64,000 nt of DNA from a virus. Its lineage: Duplodnaviria > Caudoviricetes. Below the pieces are notes generated by a model. The model was given only the letters and a program-made list of their open reading frames with translations, was not told the origin of the DNA and made no database searches. The number at the start of each line of letters is the position of its first letter. The first letter of the stretch is position 1. Location of the stretch: the IMG/VR virus record IMGVR_UViG_3300043567_000723. One strand, given 5' to 3'. Of the stretch, positions 8,409 through 16,451 are shown piece by piece. Position numbers and translations under genes: made by a program.

Positions 8409-10741
8409 ACGAACTCCATGCTTTTGGTGCTGCGGCTCGTGCTGAACTAGAAAAAGAAGCGGCGCCGAATCTGGGCGCGATGGCTCGATCGCTGGGGAAT
8501 TACGCCACCAAGCGTGTGTTACCCGCGGCAAAAAACCTTGCCAACAAAGCGGTTGAAAAAGCCACGCCGGTTGTAAACAAAGCCACGACAGCGGCCAAGC
8601 CGTACGTAGACGATTTAGCGAATCGCGCGACTGGCGCTGCGAAAGCTGTCGCTGGTAATCCTACGGTACAAGGCGTCGCGTCACGGTTTGGCAACGCGGC
8701 AAATCGCGTAGCCACAGGTGTGGGTACGATTGGCCAGCTGGCGCAAGATGCGACGCGCGGTGGTCTTAATATAGCCGACGATGTTGCGCGTTATGCTATG
8801 AATGGCCCCGGTAGTGCGGCTGCGGCTGGCGGCAAGCTCGGCGACAAAGTAGTCCGCGGCGTGCAGACAGAAGCTGGCCGTGCATTCGGCACGAGCCCCG
8901 TCGGCGACAAGCTGAACCCACTAAATCTAGCCGCTGGCGGTGGCGCTATTTACGGCGCTGGCAAAGCAACTGGTTTGCTCGGCAGTGGAAGCGCTGACGT
9001 GGCAGATCCGACGCCGAATAACTTACAAGAACAGCAACATCGTTCGTATGACATGCAAAAGCAAATGCAGACGAACACGGGCGGTAATAATTCGCAAGGT
9101 TTAATGGGCATGTGGAACAGCCTGCCGCTCGAAGCTCGCTACGCTATTGGCGCTGGCGTTCCTTTGGCATTAGTCGGCGCTGTTATGGGCGGCAGAGGTA
9201 ACACTGGCGCTGGTCTGGGTATGGGCGCGCTTGGTTTAGGCGCCGCTGGTTTGGGCGCGGCTGGCGCGGGCATGTTTGGCGACGGTGCTCGACGCATGGT
9301 TGGCCAAGGTGCAAATGCGCTGTACAGCATGGTTGGCGGCCAGAGCGACCCCATGAGCCAGATGCGCACGCTCGGAAAGCTGAGCCCGGAGTTTGGCACC
9401 ACGGCGCTTATGGGCCGCGACCCGAATCTCAGCGCAGAGCAAGCTCGCGGCATGTATGACTTTATGACGCAGAACCAAGAAGCTATTGAGCGCCTGATGC
9501 CGCAGCTGCAAAACAGCAGCGTGACAAGCGCGCCAGCAATAAAAGCCGGCGCGTATTTCGCCGAGAAGTTAGCTGGCCGCTGCTGGACCGGCTACGAACC
9601 AGTGCCGGGCAAGAAGCCGTATAGCAATGACTCGTGCCGGCCTGTAAGTAAGAAGAAAAAGAAGAGCGAAAAGAAAGCTGCCAGTCCGTTTGGGCCCGCG
9701 CAGCCGATCACTGGTGCTCGGCCGACGATGACGCAAATGCCGCCGAAGCCTGCTGAGAAACCAGTGGCAAAGCGCGATGTCAGCAAGCTTCCGCCGTATG
9801 TCTCGCAAGGCCAGCAGGCAGCAGAGCAGGCAGCCAAGCAGCCGCCAATGAACACGATGGTAAAGACCCAAGCGGCAAAGAAGTTTGCCGGTGTTGCGGG
9901 CCAAGGCAAGACCACGATGAACGCGACGCCCTCAAGCCGTGGCGATAAGAAGTTAGTAGACGACAAGCAGCGCGAGACTAATAGCCCGGTACCGACAGAC
10001 GCCAAGAACAACACGCAAGAAGCTGGTTTGACAGCCGCCGAGAAGCAAGCGTTTGGGGCGGCACTCGGTCGCGCTATTGGTACCGGCGCTAAGGGCTTAG
10101 TGCGCGGCGCTGGTCGAGCCGCTTTTAACGTGGCCGAAGGCGCGGCGAACGCGCTAGCCGACGGCGCAAATTACGTTGGAAAGAACGTTCTTAATATGAA
10201 ACCTTCTTTGCCGTCAGGCGTGCAGCAGGCCGCAAAGAAAGCCCCGGCGTTAGCTGATCCGCCGGGTTGGAATGCACCGTATAATCCCAACATAAGATAT
10301 GCTGATTCAGCTGCTGGAAAAGCTTTTGCCGCCAGCTCGGCTGCTCAACCAGCGCAGTCTATGGGTCAGAAGATCGTCGGCGGCGTCAACGCAGCAGCTC
10401 AAGGTGCGGCTGCCGCTGGCCGTGGCGTCGGAGCCGCTGTAAACGCTGGCGCAAACATCGTAAAGGGTGTAGCGCCGCTCGCGCAGGGTGTCGTCGGCGG
10501 TGTTGGCGCTGCAGCGCAGGGATTAGGTACTGGTGTAAATGTGGCCGGCAAGGCGCTTTCAGCGGCCTCCAAAAGCCCGCTGACCGCTATCCCGACTGCG
10601 GCAGCTGGTATTTACGGCGCCTCGCAAATGGGCGGCATGATGCCCAAGGGCATGCCGAAATTTCAATCGCCCATCACGTGGGAAAATAATAATAACGGTG
10701 TAAAGCCCATGCAGTCGGGCCGCATTAATCAGCCGCTGTAA
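8405..10741 (+). CDS. Large Gly/Ala-rich multi-module KxA protein (putative internal head protein)
   Basis: Leader HAFGAAARAELEKEAA; internal EKLAG, EKKAA, EKQAFG; CWTGY module; glycine zippers. Confidence 0.75.
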   Translation: MNELHAFGAAARAELEKEAAPNLGAMARSLGNYATKRVLPAAKNLANKAVEKATPVVNKATTAAKPYVDDLANRATGAAKAVAGNPTVQGVASRFGNAANRVATGVGTIGQLAQDATRGGLNIADDVARYAMNGPGSAAAAGGKLGDKVVRGVQTEAGRAFGTSPVGDKLNPLNLAAGGGAIYGAGKATGLLGSGSADVADPTPNNLQEQQHRSYDMQKQMQTNTGGNNSQGLMGMWNSLPLEARYAIGAGVPLALVGAVMGGRGNTGAGLGMGALGLGAAGLGAAGAGMFGDGARRMVGQGANALYSMVGGQSDPMSQMRTLGKLSPEFGTTALMGRDPNLSAEQARGMYDFMTQNQEAIERLMPQLQNSSVTSAPAIKAGAYFAEKLAGRCWTGYEPVPGKKPYSNDSCRPVSKKKKKSEKKAASPFGPAQPITGARPTMTQMPPKPAEKPVAKRDVSKLPPYVSQGQQAAEQAAKQPPMNTMVKTQAAKKFAGVAGQGKTTMNATPSSRGDKKLVDDKQRETNSPVPTDAKNNTQEAGLTAAEKQAFGAALGRAIGTGAKGLVRGAGRAAFNVAEGAANALADGANYVGKNVLNMKPSLPSGVQQAAKKAPALADPPGWNAPYNPNIRYADSAAGKAFAASSAAQPAQSMGQKIVGGVNAAAQGAAAAGRGVGAAVNAGANIVKGVAPLAQGVVGGVGAAAQGLGTGVNVAGKALSAASKSPLTAIPTAAAGIYGASQMGGMMPKGMPKFQSPITWENNNNGVKPMQSGRINQPL

Positions 10742-10806
10742 GGAGCGTGCGTATCGCTTAAATATCAAAACCTGTTTCTATACCCCACCAAGGAAGGCGG
10801 GACTGT

Positions 10807-11511
10807 ATGGCCACATCACGTCCAGTAAGACGAGCGGAAAAGAAAGCAAAGAAAAAAAACGACCAACAAGAACGGGCAAAGGCAGCGTTAGCGCCGTGTG
10901 AAATTGAGTGGCGCACAGACAGTCAGAAGCGCGCGTGGAAAACGCTGCACGATAATGACATCACGTTCTTGCTCGGCTCTGCTGGTTCGGGCAAGACGTT
11001 TCTTGCAATGGCCTACGCCATTAACGAGATTCTGGCTAAGCGCAAAAGCCAGATTATCTTGACGCGCCCCATCGTGGACGCGGGTGAAAAACTGGGATTT
11101 CTTCCCGGTTCGTTCGGCGAAAAAGTCAATCCATACATGCAGCCGCTGTATGACACGATGGACACGCTTTTGGGTAAGTTCAACGCCAAGCGCGAGTTTG
11201 TGAACAAAGCCATCGTGTTGGCGCCGCTGTGCTACATGCGTGGCCGGACGTTTAACGACTCGATCGTTGTGTTTGACGAAGCCCAAAACGCCACGTACAT
11301 GCAGCTCAAACTTCTGCTCACGCGTTTCGGGCAGAACACGCAAATGGTGATTACAGGCGACCCGCACCAGAGCGATTTGCCGTTTTCTCCGCCGCCGTTA
11401 AACGAAGTTGTTACGAAATTAAAGGGCGTTGCCAGTATAGATACTGTGCAATTTGCCCATAATGACGTCGTGCGGCATCCGATCGTCGCGGCGGTTCTAA
11501 AGAAGCTCTGA
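10807..11511 (+). CDS. phoH: PhoH-family ATPase
   Basis: GSAGSGKT, LTRPIV, GFLPG, YMRGRTF, DEAQN, GDPHQSDL, DVVRHPIV. Confidence 0.96.
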   Translation: MATSRPVRRAEKKAKKKNDQQERAKAALAPCEIEWRTDSQKRAWKTLHDNDITFLLGSAGSGKTFLAMAYAINEILAKRKSQIILTRPIVDAGEKLGFLPGSFGEKVNPYMQPLYDTMDTLLGKFNAKREFVNKAIVLAPLCYMRGRTFNDSIVVFDEAQNATYMQLKLLLTRFGQNTQMVITGDPHQSDLPFSPPPLNEVVTKLKGVASIDTVQFAHNDVVRHPIVAAVLKKL

Positions 11512-11617
11512 CGCATTGGCAAAGTATTGTGCATTTTTCGTTTGCCGGCTAAACTTCGCCGACAAGCGTCATTTGCATTGTCGCTATATGGTAAATACTT
11601 TTACGTGAGGGTTGCCC

Positions 11618-12091
11618 ATGACGTTGCCGCAGTTTTTAGAAATCATGAACAGTGATTTAGCGAACGAATGGACGCACTTGCAGTTCTATCTGTATCACGC
11701 AAGCGCTGTCACGGGCTTACACGCGCACGAGTACAAAGAATTTTTAACAGAATCAGCGCAAGGCGAACTGCAGCACGTGCAGGCGTTTTTGGACCGGTTA
11801 TTTGGCTTGAATTACGCGCAGCCGTCCCAGAGCGCCAAGCCATTTGCTGTATCCAGCCGCGTTGAAGATATCATTATCGGCGCCATAAAGCTCGAAGAAG
11901 AGGTCGTGCAGAACTACACGCAACGACTGCAGCAGCTGGATGAACTAGCCGCAGCGCATCCGGTGCAGTCGGCGTATCTTAAAGTGTTCTACGAAGACCA
12001 GTTACAAGACAGCTACGAAGACTGCGAACACTTACGGCGTATTTTAAAAAACGTGACTGGCAGTATAGAGCCACGAAAAACCGGAGATTGA
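11618..12091 (+). CDS. Ferritin-like (bacterioferritin/Dps-type) four-helix di-iron protein
   Basis: NEWTH..Y, ELQH, EEEVVQNY, EDCEH ligand spacing; ATG 11618 preferred to TTG 11612 because of SD GAGG. Confidence 0.8.
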   Translation: MTLPQFLEIMNSDLANEWTHLQFYLYHASAVTGLHAHEYKEFLTESAQGELQHVQAFLDRLFGLNYAQPSQSAKPFAVSSRVEDIIIGAIKLEEEVVQNYTQRLQQLDELAAAHPVQSAYLKVFYEDQLQDSYEDCEHLRRILKNVTGSIEPRKTGD

Positions 12092-12096
12092 GCTAT

Positions 12097-12336
12097 GCGG
12101 GAGTGTTGCGGCTTGGCGACCAGAGTGCTGCTGCGAGCGGGCTACTCCCACCTGCTCTGCGCCTCTCTGGTAGTGACGCCGCAGAAACTCAGTTGTCCCG
12201 CTGAGTTTTGCACCACACTTGGATAGCCGTGGTGCCGGATACTGGTTGTCGGGTTTCAAACGAGTCCAAGCGCCTCCTTCGCCCCTACGCCATACGAGCA
12301 AAAACAGAGCACGAGCGGCTCCGTTGCCAGTATCCA
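12097..12336 (+). ncRNA. Candidate structured RNA/regulatory leader (unassigned)
   Basis: Nested stems GCGGGA/TCCCGC, TTGCGGC/GCCGCAG, ACCAGAG/CTCTGGT, GAGCGGG/CCTGCTC; also AAACTCAG/CTGAGTTT, GCACCAC/GTGGTGC, GGATACTGG/CCAGTATCC. Confidence 0.4.
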
Positions 12337-12372
12337 GCCCGCATAAAAAAGTGTTAAATAAAGTGTTACACC

Positions 12373-12678
12373 ATGTCACCGCAACGCATCGAAAACGAAA
12401 CGCGCGAAGAAATGCTGCGGCGTATTGATAACGAAATTCGGCGTGAGCGTCGTCTAGAGCGCTGGTTTTTGCGTTCGTTAATGACGTGGTTTTTAATCGT
12501 GGCGGCGTGGCACGTGTGGCCCTACCTGAGCGTCCCAGAGAACTGGCCCATTATGTTCACGTGCCTACGGGCTGTCATGCAAATTGCTGGTTGTGTGGCT
12601 GCGCTACTCGGGTTTCTTGTAACGCTCGCGTGGATTGGATCCGGCGGGCAGCTCTTTAAAGACGACCTGTACGAATAA
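12373..12678 (+). CDS. Two-TM membrane protein
   Basis: Charged N-terminus followed by two hydrophobic segments. Confidence 0.65.
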   Translation: MSPQRIENETREEMLRRIDNEIRRERRLERWFLRSLMTWFLIVAAWHVWPYLSVPENWPIMFTCLRAVMQIAGCVAALLGFLVTLAWIGSGGQLFKDDLYE

Positions 12679-12698
12679 ACAAAAGGAATTGTTTACGT

Positions 12699-13145
12699 AT
12701 GACCATTCATTCACAATCCAAATGGCCAGAAGCCGTGGCCATCGGAGCTGAGGGCGTTTCGTTAGCCATTGCAAAGATGCTGCGGCACAAGATCGTCCCG
12801 TGTGTGCCGATCATCGACATTGGCTACGACTTAGTGTCTGAATACGGCAGTGTCGTGAAACGCGTGCAGATTAAAGCGACCACGCTGATCAACGCGTCTC
12901 GGCCAGAATCCATGCGGTTTTCGCTGTCGAAGCACAAAGCCGGCCTGCACCGCAATGGCTCTTATGTTCCGTCCCAGCGGCGCGTGTATCACCCCAGCGA
13001 CGTTGATGTATTTATTTTTGTGCATGTGCGTTTAAAGAAATTTTACGTAGTGCCGGTCGCTGAGTTAGATTTCAGAAAGCACTACATTACGTTCAACGGC
13101 AAAAGCCCGTGGGCGGATGCTTGGCACGTGCTCAAGGAAGCATGA
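12699..13145 (+). CDS. PD-(D/E)XK nuclease (group I intron-endonuclease-like)
   Basis: E...A..L, YDLV, RVQIKAT, DVDVF pattern. Confidence 0.75.
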   Translation: MTIHSQSKWPEAVAIGAEGVSLAIAKMLRHKIVPCVPIIDIGYDLVSEYGSVVKRVQIKATTLINASRPESMRFSLSKHKAGLHRNGSYVPSQRRVYHPSDVDVFIFVHVRLKKFYVVPVAELDFRKHYITFNGKSPWADAWHVLKEA

Positions 13146-13576
13146 ATCCTTACCGCAACACAACGATCGCCATAGATTTTGACCGCACGTTCACGAGTGA
13201 CGTGGACATGTGGCGCGTGGCTATTAAATTATTTGCCAGCCGCGGTCATAAAGTTGTTTGCGTGACTGGGCGCACAGACTCGGTCGCTAATCGGCTCCAA
13301 TTAGCTGAGATTTTTGGCGAAGCAACGTTTAAACTGCTCAGTGGTTGCATTTTTTGCAACCACTCACCCAAACGAGAAACAACGCGGCGGCACGGCTACA
13401 AAATAGACATCTGGATTGATGACTTACCAGAAGGCGTGGGCGCAACAGATCCGCGAGAGTTTAAAAAACTAGAAGACCAATTTGACGTCTGCGAGACACT
13501 CCCTATTTTCACGCCAAAAGCAGTAAACCCTTATACTGTTTGGGAGCCTAAAACCACAGACGCCAGCTTTAAATAA
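13142..13576 (+). CDS. HAD-superfamily hydrolase
   Basis: [10 protein letters not shown] (motif I), VTGR (II), IWIDD (IV); ATG 13142 overlaps upstream TGA. Confidence 0.8.
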   Translation: MNPYRNTTIAIDFDRTFTSDVDMWRVAIKLFASRGHKVVCVTGRTDSVANRLQLAEIFGEATFKLLSGCIFCNHSPKRETTRRHGYKIDIWIDDLPEGVGATDPREFKKLEDQFDVCETLPIFTPKAVNPYTVWEPKTTDASFK

Positions 13577-13583
13577 CAAAATT

Positions 13584-13904
13584 ATGGATTACGTCGTATA
13601 TGCCCTTGTCCCAGTTGCTTTTGTGCTTGGTTACGTTGTGGGCCGGGTGGATTTTATTGCAGATCGGCTTAGAGAACCGACTGGCACGACATACCAATCG
13701 CCCCTTGCGCGCAAAACGAGCGCCAAAACAGCTACGGCACCCGCCGCCGCCCAACGCATAGACATTGATACTGCCATTGTCACCGGCGCTATTGATACGT
13801 CGGGCATGCAACGAGCCGGCGCAAAAGAGATGGGCAAAACGACTTCGACCGCAGATAATATTTCTTCTTCTGTTTCCAAATTAGCGCAGTTAAAAGGAAA
13901 ATAA
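13584..13904 (+). CDS. Small protein with N-terminal membrane anchor
   Basis: Hydrophobic residues 3-20; directly upstream of the actin-like gene. Confidence 0.65.
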   Translation: MDYVVYALVPVAFVLGYVVGRVDFIADRLREPTGTTYQSPLARKTSAKTATAPAAAQRIDIDTAIVTGAIDTSGMQRAGAKEMGKTTSTADNISSSVSKLAQLKGK

Positions 13905-13906
13905 CC

Positions 13907-14941
13907 ATGGCCAAGGGTTTAGACGTCGGGACATCGTTTATCGTACTGGCTTCGGACAGCCTCGAACCGATCAGCTACACCAGCGACGATCAGGCTGAAT
14001 TTATCAATTACAAAGATTTTCGTGACGCGTTCTACGTGATTAAGCCCACTACGCCAGTGGCCACGAAGATGATCGAAAAGGGCCTGCAGGGCAAAGTCTT
14101 CGTCAAGGACAACGACGGTGCTTTTATTCTGCTGGGACAAGACGCTATTGATAAAGCCATCGAGCGCAACGAGTCGGCCAAGCGACCTATGTATCGCGGC
14201 GTTGTGAGCCCCAAGGAAAAAGAAGCCAAGCGCGTACTGGCGTTTATCCTCAAAGAAGTTGCTGGTAAAGCCACCGAGCCAGATGAGAAGCTCGTGTTCT
14301 GCATTCCGGCGCAGCCCGTGGACCAAGAAGACGACGACTTTGACGTTGGTTATCACGAAGACGTGGTCAAAGCAGTCTTGGCCGAACAGGGCTATACTGC
14401 GCGGGCTATTAACGAAGCCGAGGCGCTGTGCTACTCAGAGCTAGCCAACGATGACTACACGGGCATTGGGCTTTCGTGGGGCGCTGGCATGGTCAACGTG
14501 TGCGTGATGCTCAACGGCGAGCCGACTGTGCTGTTTTCGACCACGAAGTCTGGCGACTGGATTGATCGCATGACCGCCGTGGCGACAAACGAGCCAGACT
14601 CGGTTGTGCAGGCTGAGAAAGAGCAGGGCGAGTTCACGATTGGCGAGCCAAACGAGAACGTGATTCTGGCCGCTGTTAGCTCGTACTATGAGCGCCTTAT
14701 TGACTACACCACGAAGCAATTAGCGGCAGCGCTAAGCAATCACAAGGCGTTGCCGAAGTTCAAAGAGCCGATTTTGATAGCAATGGCGGGCGGCACGACT
14801 AAAGCCGCGGGCTTTGTGGAAATGTTCCGGCGCAAGCTCGAAGAGAATAATTTTCCGCTGCCAGTGAAAGAAGTCCGGCACGCCTACGACCCGCTGCACG
14901 CTGTCGCGCGTGGCTGTCTCATTGCTGCCAAGATTCTCTAA
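13907..14941 (+). CDS. Actin-like ATPase (MreB/ParM/FtsA superfamily)
   Basis: GLDVGTS (phosphate 1), INEAEA (connect 1), LSWGAGMVN (phosphate 2), MAGGTT (adenosine), DPLHAVARG (connect 2). Confidence 0.88.
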   Translation: MAKGLDVGTSFIVLASDSLEPISYTSDDQAEFINYKDFRDAFYVIKPTTPVATKMIEKGLQGKVFVKDNDGAFILLGQDAIDKAIERNESAKRPMYRGVVSPKEKEAKRVLAFILKEVAGKATEPDEKLVFCIPAQPVDQEDDDFDVGYHEDVVKAVLAEQGYTARAINEAEALCYSELANDDYTGIGLSWGAGMVNVCVMLNGEPTVLFSTTKSGDWIDRMTAVATNEPDSVVQAEKEQGEFTIGEPNENVILAAVSSYYERLIDYTTKQLAAALSNHKALPKFKEPILIAMAGGTTKAAGFVEMFRRKLEENNFPLPVKEVRHAYDPLHAVARGCLIAAKIL

Positions 14942-15041
14942 TCACGCGCGTTCTTTTTGTGGACGCTTTGCTGAGCCTGCGGTACGATTGGGCACCGCAG
15001 CGCATGCATCGCGCTCGTGTTAACAAACTAAGGAAAGTTAT

Positions 15042-15500
15042 ATGGGTACACGCCAGCGTTTCGACGGAATTATCATTTCGCATCTCGGAAATATCGCTGG
15101 CCGGGTTCCAGAACGTGAAAATACGCTTAAATATCTGCAGGCGGCGTTGAAAGCTGGCTGGCACGTAATGGCAGACGTGCAGTTTATTAATGGCGCGTTT
15201 ATCTTGCCGAATGACAACGGTTTTAGTGCCGCCCCGCCCAGTTTCTTCTCGAATCAACGCGTCTGGTCCCGCTGCCAGAACGCCGAAACCATGGATGCGC
15301 TGTGCAACATTGGCGCGCATGCTTTTATTAATGCCGACGCGCCTTTGGTGTTAACAAGCGCGCAATTTATCTGGACGCTTCCGCCCCGCGAACTTTCTCC
15401 GCGCTCTATCGCGGTTTATCCAGAACTGGCCGAAGCTGATTGGCTCGAACAATATGAGCCAGCTGGCCTGTGCAGCAATGAACCGATGAACTACATTTAG
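15042..15500 (+). CDS. Glycerophosphodiester-phosphodiesterase-like protein, degenerate motifs
   Basis: IISHLGN...ENTLKYL..AL.AG..VMADV resembles iaHRG...ENT......G...vEiDV, with R>L and E>A. Confidence 0.6.
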   Translation: MGTRQRFDGIIISHLGNIAGRVPERENTLKYLQAALKAGWHVMADVQFINGAFILPNDNGFSAAPPSFFSNQRVWSRCQNAETMDALCNIGAHAFINADAPLVLTSAQFIWTLPPRELSPRSIAVYPELAEADWLEQYEPAGLCSNEPMNYI

Positions 15501-15601
15501 TTTTAGTTTGTTGTGTCATCGCGTTCTTTGACAATTTGGCGGCCTGTGCGCAATTCTGTACATCAGCTCGTTATGGGCGTACAGAGTTGTTAAAATTGAG
15601 G

Positions 15602-15822
15602 TGTGTCAAAAGTTAGTCGTGGTGGTCGACTGGTTAGGCGTTTCTTCTGCGGCATGGATGCGGCAGGGGTTACAGGTTCCGTGGTCAGATTTTGTCGGGC
15701 TCACGGGCGGAGGAGCAGCAAATGCCACACGGGATAATTTATATCCTTGAAAGTTGCTGCGGAACCGCGGCTTCGGCCGTGGTAGGGCCTGCGGACAGGG
15801 GATCGCAGGGGCTTTTGACACA
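15602..15822 (+). ncRNA. Candidate ~220-nt structured ncRNA containing an SRP-helix-8-like element
   Basis: 11-bp closing stem TGTGTCAAAAG/CTTTTGACACA followed by U-rich tract; cUUCGg hairpin 15765-15782; GTCGGG...AGCAGC symmetric-loop-like element 15694-15719. Confidence 0.45.
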
Positions 15823-15865
15823 TTTTGTTTGACGTAAGTGTATATCTTGCAGGCAGTTAGTAATT

Positions 15866-16222
15866 ATGAACGATGAATTTATTCATTCATTGTCCGTGCT
15901 TTTTAGCGCGTTTGGCGCAGCTGCTTTTGCTGGGCTGGCAACCCTTTTGCGGTTTGCCAAGAAGTTATCTAAACTAGCAGTGGTCAGCGCAATGTTGAAC
16001 GCCGGATTTCTGGGGCTCGCCATTGCGTTGATTTGGTATCAGAATTATCGGAAAGCCGAAAACGTCTATGGGCTGATCGGCATTTGCGTGCTGGCGGGCA
16101 TGGGCGGCTCGACGCTGACAGATCTGGCGATTTCGTTATTGTCAGGCGCGGGTATCAAAGTAACCATTGTGCACGAACGCGATCGACAAGGAGATCACGA
16201 GCATGACAATGACGAATCGTAA
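15866..16222 (+). CDS. Holin-like three-TM membrane protein
   Basis: Three hydrophobic helices and a charged C-terminus. Confidence 0.5.
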   Translation: MNDEFIHSLSVLFSAFGAAAFAGLATLLRFAKKLSKLAVVSAMLNAGFLGLAIALIWYQNYRKAENVYGLIGICVLAGMGGSTLTDLAISLLSGAGIKVTIVHERDRQGDHEHDNDES

Positions 16223-16352
16223 ACAATTGAGTGTAGCGGCGTGGGGCGCATCAGCAGTATTCTGTGTGCTGCTTCTTGTTTCTGCGCTCTCGGCTGTTTC
16301 GCACAGCATCGGTAGCCACGTCGATATGCCAACTATCTCAACACATCCTTGA
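16203..16352 (+). CDS. Small membrane/secreted peptide, 49 aa
   Basis: Basic N-terminus plus hydrophobic core; SD GGAG upstream of ATG 16203. Confidence 0.45.
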   Translation: MTMTNRKQLSVAAWGASAVFCVLLLVSALSAVSHSIGSHVDMPTISTHP

Positions 16353-16358
16353 CATTTA

Positions 16359-16434
16359 TGCCTGATAGCTCAGTTGGTAGAGCAGGCGACTGTTAATCGC
16401 CGGGTCGTAGGTTCAAGTCCTACTCAGGCAGCCA
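16359..16434 (+). tRNA. trnN: tRNA-Asn (anticodon GTT) with encoded CCA
   Basis: Acceptor TGCCTGA/TCAGGCA, D arm GCTC/GAGC, anticodon arm GGCGA-CTGTTAA-TCGCC, T arm GTAGG-TTCAAGT-CCTAC, G73, CCA. Confidence 0.97.
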
Positions 16435-16451
16435 TAAGAACGGTCTCAGCT

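Noticed and set aside
12238-12295. Possible tRNA-Sec or other tRNA around GTTTCAAAC...GCCA
   Set aside because: No proper acceptor stem, T-loop or anticodon stem could be built.
14942-15041. Small hairpins (CTGCGGT/ACCGCAG) as a riboswitch upstream of the GDPD-like gene
   Set aside because: Too short and matches no aptamer I recognise; may be an ordinary terminator or chance.
15815-15846. TTGACA-based sigma70 promoter before 15866
   Set aside because: Spacing to any -10 candidate is wrong (20 nt to TATATC), and TTGACA is part of the RNA closing stem.
16359-16434. tRNA as an integration (att) site
   Set aside because: No integrase and no duplicated tRNA 3' end in the window.
16374-16451. 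ORF-track N-terminus of the 466-aa protein
   Set aside because: Lies inside tRNA-Asn; ATG 16452 is the plausible start.
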